Source: Candidatus Dojkabacteria bacterium (GTDB lineage Bacteria; Patescibacteriota; Dojkabacteria; J137). Taken from it: DNA of 64,000 nucleotides. The position numbers were made by a program, and so were the translations under genes. The DNA lies in contig JAMQHH010000005.1 of the NCBI GenBank assembly GCA_025993875.1, positions 8,183 to 72,182 on the forward strand, written 5' to 3'. This document shows positions 57,327 to 64,000 of this stretch, piece after piece. Within the stretch, counting starts at the first letter, position 1; each line of letters opens with the position of its first letter. The notes under the pieces were generated by a model. It had not been told where the DNA came from. It worked only from the letters and a program-made list of their open reading frames with translations, and searched no databases.

Positions 57327-58505
57327 TTACAAGGTTGGGGCAGCCTCTAACACATCTTTGATTTTTTTATTTCTTTTATTGTTAACAAATTTAATAAAAA
57401 AGATTAGTACAATAGCAGCAAAGGTAATTAAAGATAAGACTAAAATAATTATTAAAACCGTATTTGAACTGTTATCGGTATTTTCGGCCGAAACCGGGAT
57501 AGAAATCGGCTCCGTTATAATAATTTCGCCTGTTTGTGTATTTCCTGCTTTATCAAAAGCTGTAATGTAAACTTTATACACACTTTTATCTACCTCAAGC
57601 CCGGTTGTTACTGTTACCGGATCCTTATCATCTAATTTTGCAGTAAAGTGTGAAACACCAGAAAGAGTATCGTTTGTTGCAAAATACAAAATGATTTTTT
57701 CTTCGTTTTCCTTTTCTATCTTTGCTATACCAAAAGGATCCGGCGAGGTTTTATCGTAGTTTATCGCGTAATGGGTTACCGGTCCAAAACCTACACTGTT
57801 TTTTGCTTTTATATGAAAATAACTTCGTCCTTCGGTTAGCGATTCGTTTGTAAATGTAACTTCACTCCCGTCAATCTGATCGTCCGGATTGGTATCGCCG
57901 GACATATCCAATGCATAACTAAAGCCCTCAACTCCATCCTGCTTGTTCCAGTTTAAAGTTACGCCAGAAAGATTATACCAGCTATCCTGTGACGGATGAG
58001 TGGTAGAAGAAAGATTTACGGCATTAGGCGCGGGAGGCGGCGGTGGTGGAGGATCTATCACGGTGTAAGTTACAGTATTGCCTCCTCCGTCTACCGGTGT
58101 ACCTGTTCCGTCTGCCAAAGCGATTGTCCCATAACTATTTATGGTTCCGGTACTTGGATAGTTTAAAGCTCTAAATGTTAGGTTTAAAACATTTTTTCCT
58201 CCAACTGCGCTACTTCCTAAAAGTGCTCCGCTAAACACTACTGTATTTCCCGATAAATACGGGCCGGAAATCCCCGTCCAGCCACCAGCAGGGGATACTC
58301 CAACAAACACAAGGTTGGAAAAATTTACATTAACTGTAACAGCATTGTAAGAATCCGATCCGTTTACATCTACACTAACGTTAAATTGGGTCCCGGAGTA
58401 AATTGTGCCGCCTCCTGTAGTTGAAAATCCTGCACTTGCTGCCTGTACTTTTGGGCTAAAAGCAATTGAGGATATTAGTATTAACAGTATAATAATTTTT
58501 TTCAT
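57327..58505 (-). CDS. Cell-surface protein with N-terminal cohesin-like beta-sandwich module, poly-Pro linker, FN3/Ig-like modules and C-terminal TM anchor
   Basis: Signal peptide. GTQFNVSVDVNGSDSYNAVTVNVNFSNLVFVGVSPAGGW resembles the cohesin strand pattern. PPPPPPPAPNAV linker. C-terminal VLIIILVLSLITFAAIVLIFFI anchor. Confidence 0.5.
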   Translation of the reverse strand: MKKIIILLILISSIAFSPKVQAASAGFSTTGGGTIYSGTQFNVSVDVNGSDSYNAVTVNVNFSNLVFVGVSPAGGWTGISGPYLSGNTVVFSGALLGSSAVGGKNVLNLTFRALNYPSTGTINSYGTIALADGTGTPVDGGGNTVTYTVIDPPPPPPPAPNAVNLSSTTHPSQDSWYNLSGVTLNWNKQDGVEGFSYALDMSGDTNPDDQIDGSEVTFTNESLTEGRSYFHIKAKNSVGFGPVTHYAINYDKTSPDPFGIAKIEKENEEKIILYFATNDTLSGVSHFTAKLDDKDPVTVTTGLEVDKSVYKVYITAFDKAGNTQTGEIIITEPISIPVSAENTDNSSNTVLIIILVLSLITFAAIVLIFFIKFVNNKRNKKIKDVLEAAPTL

Positions 58506-58514
58506 ATTTTTATT

Positions 58515-61283
58515 TTACACATTTTGAAGCCAGTTTTGTGCAACTATACTTAAATCTGAAATATTTACTTTGTTATCGCCGTTGGCATCGGCATTTGTTA
58601 CATTTTGATTCCAAAAAGCTGCTAAAATGCTGAGATCTTGCAAATTTACATAACCGTCGTTATTAAAGTCGCCTTTTAATTTTCTTTGTGCTGCAACGGT
58701 TGTAACTTTAAAAGTATTGATGTTTATTGTGTTGCTTTGGTTAGAATGGTCGTCTGTTAAAAAAAGAGTGCAGCCCGAATATGTGCCGGGCGAAAGTGTA
58801 TTTAAGGAAATTGTGTTGTTACCTAAAACAGCAGTTGAAGAAGAAGATGAGCACACTCCGCCGAAAGTTATTGTTCCTGCTTTATTGGAATTAAAGGTAA
58901 AGGGAGGCGTTGTGTCCACAGTAAGAGATGGAACAGGTGTTATCAAACTGATAACTGGCGGTTCAATGAATGGCTGAAAATAAACCATAATCTTGCCCCT
59001 ATTAGTATCGTAAACAAACAAGTTATCGTTAGAATCGAAAGTTAGTGCAAAAGGCCAACCGTAAAAGTCGTTTAGAGAGCCATTGTGAATAGCAAACTGA
59101 CTGTCGGAAGGGTTACTCGAATTATACGAAGTAGGATTATTAAAATATCGTAAGAATCTTTGCTGACTGTATGGGTTAAAGCCAATTACCATTCTGTTGG
59201 TGCTGTCGAATGCCGGTTCGAATGATGCAAAGCTATATAGATCCCAGGGGAATTCTTTGGTAGCCGAAAGATCAAAAAGAACAGTAGAAGGGCTGGCAGG
59301 AAGAATTTCCGCACTAAACATTAAAATTCGGTAATTGCCGCTTAGCTCAAAAAAATGATCGGAAATATATAAATTGTTATATTTATCCAGTTTAACAGCC
59401 CCGGGATTACAAAGAGTATCTATAGGGGCAGTAGTAGGAAAAGTTAAACCTCTATTACATTCGTTACCTATAATATCTTCTTGCCCAATAACTATATCTA
59501 CAAGAGGTGAAGTTAGCGGATTTCTAATTCTTATGGCTCTGTTGTTAAAACCATCTGTAAGCCAAAGATGTGTACTATCCGAATTAACAGCCATTCCATT
59601 AAAATTAGGAAAGGCAATGGTGCCTCCGCCTGCCAGATTTAATGTTCCGGCTATTGTCTGTATTGGTGTCGAAGATAGAGATAGCGGTCCCTGGAAAACT
59701 TCGATCTCACCGTCGGAATTTTTTACAAATATTCTATCGCTTTCATCGGCAGCAAGAATGTTAAAACCGGGCGTTATATCTATCGCCGACGATCCTCCTA
59801 CGTACCCATCTGGAGCTGCACCGCTGGAAAGATTAATTGCATTATTCCAAAAAAGCATTCGGTTATCAGTAACAACCAGTTGTCCGTTACTTAAAACCAC
59901 CATTCCTGCCCAACCACCCTGCTCCAGCCTATCGGCCGAAGTGGCATTGTAACCCCAAGGTGTAGGGAATAAATCTCTTTCAATTACAAAGGTGTTAGTG
60001 TCAATATCAAAATCATGCTTTATTATTCCGTTCCCATAAACATAAGAACTTGTTAGCACACTACCATTTGTATCAATACCAATTGACCCTCCTCCAGGAT
60101 TCCAGTAAGAAAATTCTTGGACAATTGCGTTACCATTTAAGTCTCTTTTGTTAAAAAAATTAGTGGAAAACGAAAGTTCGGATGTAAAAAATCCGTTTCC
60201 GTCAGGAGTCATTTGAATTGCCAAAAGGTTATCGTGAAAATCAGCGCCATCCATTACCACTGTCCCTGACATCCCGTTAGTAAAAGGAGGAGTAAATTTT
60301 AAAATTCTATTGTTTCCCTGATCGGCAACGTAAATATTTCCCATGCTATCTACTCCAATAGAAGAAGGAGAGGCAAATTGGTTTAAACTATCTCCGTAAG
60401 AATAATCTCCTCCTGTTGTAAAATTTGGTTGCCCCAATACAAGATCGGCATTTTGAGAAATATTTCCTCCACTCTTGGAAAACCTTAAAACTCTATTATT
60501 CCCTCCGTCTGCTACCCACAAGTTTCCGGTTAAATCAATTGTAACTCCACTACCACTACCTCCAATAGATGAAAAGCAAAGCGAACTATTATCTGGAGAT
60601 GGAGCCGCCTGCAGATACCCTCCGGTTTTATTGCAAGAATTTCCTGTAAAATCGGTTTGCCCCCATACCTGATCAGCTACTGTATCTGTAGTAAATGGAG
60701 AGATGAATTTTAAAACTCTATGGTTTAGACTATCTGCAACATACAAATTGCCGTCAGAGTCTGTTGCCATACTGGTAAAAGATTTATCTTCCAGTGTTGT
60801 GTGTGTCCATTCCCCAATTCCACATAAAGATGTAGCGCTTGCAGGTTTTCGATTTGGATAATCGGAAAAACTTGCATCCTGGTTACACGCACCATAATCA
60901 GTACCCGATGGCTGCCCGATAATAATATCTGCTATGCAGCTTTCGGTAATTTCTGTTGCATAGCAAGTAGATAAATCGACCCCTACAATTCTACTGTTTC
61001 CTGCATCCCATACATATGCTCTGCCTGGGCTTACACTTCTATCTACAATTACGCCTCCGGGAGTATGCAGTTTATATGGAACAACTTTTCTGGGTGAATT
61101 TTCGCCGAAATCACGTTTCCCAAAAACTTTATCGGCCCATAAATCGAATTTTTCACCTCTTACTGCAGCAGCAGATAATTTATTTCGATATGGTAGAATA
61201 AGAAGACCGGTTATAGCTATCAAAACAATAACAAAAACTGTTTTTAAGTATTTTTTTAATTTAGTAGTATTATTATTTTCCAT
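58515..61283 (-). CDS. NHL-repeat beta-propeller protein with C-terminal type I dockerin
   Basis: Repeated NHL blades (LYVADSLNHRVLKF; LWVADGGNNRVLRF; IYVADQGNNRILKF; LWLTDGFNNRAIRI). The C-terminal duplicated Ca-binding loops DFNNDGYVNLQD...DANGDNKVNISD are a canonical dockerin pair. N-terminal signal/TM; 922 aa. Confidence 0.75.
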   Translation of the reverse strand: MENNNTTKLKKYLKTVFVIVLIAITGLLILPYRNKLSAAAVRGEKFDLWADKVFGKRDFGENSPRKVVPYKLHTPGGVIVDRSVSPGRAYVWDAGNSRIVGVDLSTCYATEITESCIADIIIGQPSGTDYGACNQDASFSDYPNRKPASATSLCGIGEWTHTTLEDKSFTSMATDSDGNLYVADSLNHRVLKFISPFTTDTVADQVWGQTDFTGNSCNKTGGYLQAAPSPDNSSLCFSSIGGSGSGVTIDLTGNLWVADGGNNRVLRFSKSGGNISQNADLVLGQPNFTTGGDYSYGDSLNQFASPSSIGVDSMGNIYVADQGNNRILKFTPPFTNGMSGTVVMDGADFHDNLLAIQMTPDGNGFFTSELSFSTNFFNKRDLNGNAIVQEFSYWNPGGGSIGIDTNGSVLTSSYVYGNGIIKHDFDIDTNTFVIERDLFPTPWGYNATSADRLEQGGWAGMVVLSNGQLVVTDNRMLFWNNAINLSSGAAPDGYVGGSSAIDITPGFNILAADESDRIFVKNSDGEIEVFQGPLSLSSTPIQTIAGTLNLAGGGTIAFPNFNGMAVNSDSTHLWLTDGFNNRAIRIRNPLTSPLVDIVIGQEDIIGNECNRGLTFPTTAPIDTLCNPGAVKLDKYNNLYISDHFFELSGNYRILMFSAEILPASPSTVLFDLSATKEFPWDLYSFASFEPAFDSTNRMVIGFNPYSQQRFLRYFNNPTSYNSSNPSDSQFAIHNGSLNDFYGWPFALTFDSNDNLFVYDTNRGKIMVYFQPFIEPPVISLITPVPSLTVDTTPPFTFNSNKAGTITFGGVCSSSSSTAVLGNNTISLNTLSPGTYSGCTLFLTDDHSNQSNTININTFKVTTVAAQRKLKGDFNNDGYVNLQDLSILAAFWNQNVTNADANGDNKVNISDLSIVAQNWLQNV

Positions 61284-61330
61284 AAGCTAATAGTACATTT
61301 TATAGATTCTTTAAACACTAATCAAACTTT

Positions 61331-62236
61331 ATGGCTATGGTTCAAATTCAAAATATAAACTGGAAAAAAGACACAGATTTTTATGTCTATATTTCGCTTT
61401 TTAATATAGAAACTAAAGAGAGATCTATTTTAAAAGTTAATGATATTAAGTTTAATTTTGCTTTGTCAAAACACCGCTTCTGTACGGGCTTCTTTAAAGA
61501 TAAAAAACACTTTCCGTGCCGGAATTTAGGTATGCCTACTATTTTAACTTCAATTTCCTCTCAGTGCTATTTATGTGAAAAGGAGGAGGGATTTAGGGAT
61601 GCTTTTTTATTTGGGAAAGAGCCCAACGAAAATGCAAAAAAGTATTTGGCCCAGGAACACTATGTTTATCTGGCATATTTTTCGCCTAATATAATAAAAG
61701 TCGGAACATCCTCTTTAGAGCGAAAGGAGATTAGACCGATAGAACAAGACGCTTTGATTTATGCATATATTGCAAAATCTGACGGATTTAATATTCAAAA
61801 ACTTGAACACGAAATTTCTAAAAGATTTAATATTACAGAATCTGTATCTTCCAGGCATAAGGTTAAATATCTTTTCCAAAAACCGATAATAGAAAATGCT
61901 AAATTTAAGATTACAAATTTATTTAACAAGATTACGGATTATTACAAAGATACCGAATACAAAACCTGGTTTTTAAAAGAACTTAATATAATAAACCATT
62001 CCGATAAACCTTACATTAAATATCCCGAAACGTTAGACGACTTTATTTACTCTGCCGAATTTTTGTGCGGAAAGTTTGTGGGTTTAAGAGGAAAAATTTT
62101 AATCGTCGAAAATTATGGTAATATTATTGGAATTTACAAAGATAATATTATAGGCCATTTTATTGAAGGAGATAGTAACGAAAAATATTTACCAGTAAAG
62201 GAGCAAAATAATTTACAACAACCATTATTCAAGTAA
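61331..62236 (+). CDS. Hypothetical protein (301 aa)
   Basis: ORF only. Confidence 0.35.
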   Translation: MAMVQIQNINWKKDTDFYVYISLFNIETKERSILKVNDIKFNFALSKHRFCTGFFKDKKHFPCRNLGMPTILTSISSQCYLCEKEEGFRDAFLFGKEPNENAKKYLAQEHYVYLAYFSPNIIKVGTSSLERKEIRPIEQDALIYAYIAKSDGFNIQKLEHEISKRFNITESVSSRHKVKYLFQKPIIENAKFKITNLFNKITDYYKDTEYKTWFLKELNIINHSDKPYIKYPETLDDFIYSAEFLCGKFVGLRGKILIVENYGNIIGIYKDNIIGHFIEGDSNEKYLPVKEQNNLQQPLFK

Positions 62237-62242
62237 CGTTTT

Positions 62243-62956
62243 ATGAATGCAGTAACATTTACTTCAAGTCTGTTATCTAAAACACACTTTTCAAATAACA
62301 CTTTTGAACTTAGATATCGATGCCCAAAAGAATTTAGCTTTATTCCCGGCCAGTTTGTTACAATGACCTTTGAAGGAAATATGGTTAGAGCTTATTCTAT
62401 TGTAGCAAAAGAAGAAGATGTTTTGGTTTTACTGGTTAATACAAATCCCGGTGGGGTTGCTTCAAAGTATTTCGATAAAGTTCAGGTCGGATCTGAGATT
62501 AATATAAAGGGACCCTACGGTATATTTACTTTAAGACAAACTTTGCTTAAAAAAGTTTTTGTAGCAACTTCGACTGGAGTTGCCCCGTTTATTCCAATGG
62601 CGAATTCGCTGGCAAGTTCAAAACAAGAGCTATCATTCTCTTTATACTTTGGAGAAAGATATCTAAGTGACGATTATGTATCTAGTGTGTATTTAAAACC
62701 CGTACTAAACGATCCTCGATTTAAATATTTTCGCTGCATAACAAGAGAAACTCCGGAAAATTTAAAACCATTTTTAAAAAGTGGGCAAAACCCGTTAACT
62801 CGGGAAGGCAGGGTGACCAAAGTGGTTTTCGAAGAAGAAAGTAACTTTACCGATACTGAATTTTATTTATGCGGTTCCAAAGATATGATAATAGACGTAA
62901 AAACAAAACTTTTACAAAAAGGTGCAACAAAAATTTTTATTGAGAAATACGGATAA
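62243..62956 (+). CDS. Ferredoxin-NADP(+) reductase-like FAD/NAD(P)-binding oxidoreductase
   Basis: FAD-binding RAYSIV (RxYS) and GPYG, NAD(P) loop VATSTGVAPFIPM, and C-terminal YLCGSKDMI; 237 aa. Confidence 0.7.
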   Translation: MNAVTFTSSLLSKTHFSNNTFELRYRCPKEFSFIPGQFVTMTFEGNMVRAYSIVAKEEDVLVLLVNTNPGGVASKYFDKVQVGSEINIKGPYGIFTLRQTLLKKVFVATSTGVAPFIPMANSLASSKQELSFSLYFGERYLSDDYVSSVYLKPVLNDPRFKYFRCITRETPENLKPFLKSGQNPLTREGRVTKVVFEEESNFTDTEFYLCGSKDMIIDVKTKLLQKGATKIFIEKYG

Positions 62957-63137
62957 TATATCGATTATTTAAAAATTAAATTTTTCAACTATTGAAAAAA
63001 ATGTTATGAGTGCTAAAATTCGTAAACACGTAAATTATTCTAGTTTCTATTGCACATATTTTTCGATTACAGTTTTCAAAATTTCGATTTTACGGATTAT
63101 AAAATATTAAAAAATAGATAAAACAACTATTACAATA

Positions 63138-63452
63138 ATGGAAAATACCCCAAATCTGCCACAAGCTGAGTATTATTTCACGCATAATGGTTTCCAATTT
63201 AAGGTGGAAACTAAAATGGCTTTATTATTTATTGTTGTACAGGAAAGAAATTTGTTGAATAAAAACCTGGAAAATGCATCACAAGTTTCTTTTAATTTTA
63301 CTGTGAAAGATTATATAAAACAAAACTTAGATCAGTTTAAGCAAATTTTTAACGAGTACAAAAGCAAACATAATAAAAATGAAGATGCCCCTTCACAAAC
63401 TAAGGAAGAATTAGATAAAATTAAAAATTTGCTTGAAACTTTATCACAATAA
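63138..63452 (+). CDS. Hypothetical protein (104 aa)
   Basis: ORF only. Confidence 0.3.
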   Translation: MENTPNLPQAEYYFTHNGFQFKVETKMALLFIVVQERNLLNKNLENASQVSFNFTVKDYIKQNLDQFKQIFNEYKSKHNKNEDAPSQTKEELDKIKNLLETLSQ

Positions 63453-63562
63453 CTTTTATTTCTTACAAAATTCTAGCTTTGCCACCTCAAATTGAAACAA
63501 AACCTAAGCCCCCTGAAGAACTAGAAGGGCTGGAAAATCTTAAAAAACTTTTGTTAGAATTT

Positions 63563-64000
63563 ATGGCTCGGAAACAAAGTATCGAAATTATAGGCCTTAA
63601 CACAGACTATGGTGTACTTTTAAATTCCTCTGAACCGAATAAATTACGAGACTTATTTAACGCCCTTTTAAGTATCGATACAAAAATTTTAGTAGATTTC
63701 CTAAGGCGAATCTTTAAAGAGCAGGATTTTAGAGAGCTTCCTTTTAAACTTTTAACAGTTTCTTCTTCGCTTATAGACTTTGCAAACCCACAAGGAAGTG
63801 ATTATTTACAAAAAGCCCAAAAAGTTATAAGCCTTGTTATTTCTGAAACGGCAAGTGCAACTGAGCCGGTACGCCCGGCTAATTTTGCTCAGGAAAGTGT
63901 CGAACCATTAAAAGAGGAAGGCAAAATTGAGGCTGCAGTAAAAAAGTGTAATGATTTAATAAATAACATTAACCCAAATAAAGAAAATGTTTTTGATGTA
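63563..64000 (+). CDS. Partial ORF running off the window end (hypothetical protein; possible upstream TTG start at 63479)
   Basis: The reading frame from ATG 63563 stays open to position 64000. Not in the supplied ORF list, presumably because there is no stop within the window. Confidence 0.35.
   Translation, partial: MARKQSIEIIGLNTDYGVLLNSSEPNKLRDLFNALLSIDTKILVDFLRRIFKEQDFRELPFKLLTVSSSLIDFANPQGSDYLQKAQKVISLVISETASATEPVRPANFAQESVEPLKEEGKIEAAVKKCNDLINNINPNKENVFDV

Overview
This is an AT-rich bacterial chromosomal segment, roughly one-third GC by eye, read with the standard genetic code. Most of the window is a housekeeping backbone. Recognisable genes are a Clp/Hsp100 AAA+ chaperone, SecA, a UvrC-like gene, MraY, an AI-2E transporter, the nrdR-nrdJ operon (class II ribonucleotide reductase), a Mur ligase, uracil-DNA glycosylase, GreA, an MGMT-domain protein, a GT2 glycosyltransferase, an RluA/RluD pseudouridine synthase, a LiaF/LiaG-like membrane pair and four tRNAs. 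Two accessory regions stand out.

The first ~11.9 kb is a decaying tandem array of integrative elements sitting at the 3' end of tRNA-His. It carries an excisionase-like HTH protein, two intact large serine recombinases, one tyrosine integrase and a serine-recombinase C-terminal remnant fused directly to the tRNA. The 3' end of the first intact recombinase gene contains a degenerate copy of the tRNA-His 3' end, which looks like an att core. The cargo is dominated by nucleotide-modifying enzymes: a P-loop kinase with an EEP phosphatase/nuclease, a cytidine-deaminase-like protein, a class II Fic AMPylase with a winged HTH, a CYTH triphosphate-tunnel protein, a THUMP RNA methyltransferase with an atypical motif IV, and a HIT hydrolase with an MNT-like nucleotidyltransferase behind a 5'-truncated ImmA-like HExxH peptidase.

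The second accessory region is a tRNA-Lys(TTT) hotspot at ~16.5-17.9 kb. It has 2.2 copies of an 87-bp tandem promoter-like repeat, a duplicated tRNA 3' end, and an IS5-family insertion sequence.

Elsewhere the window encodes two unusual cell-surface systems. One is a 2009-aa secreted protein combining GH5-like, SGNH, phosphodiester-glycosidase-like, M23 and SLT modules. The other is a cohesin-like membrane anchor paired with a 922-aa NHL-propeller protein ending in a canonical type I dockerin.

Smaller signals are a CIRCE-like inverted repeat upstream of the Clp gene, a perfect 16-bp palindrome at the HTH-Nudix regulator locus, a GC-rich structured intergenic segment downstream of nrdJ, and a 952-aa protein with a RelE/ParE-like C-terminal domain. 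I found no CRISPR array and no cas genes. All calls rest on motif recognition by eye; no database searches were run.
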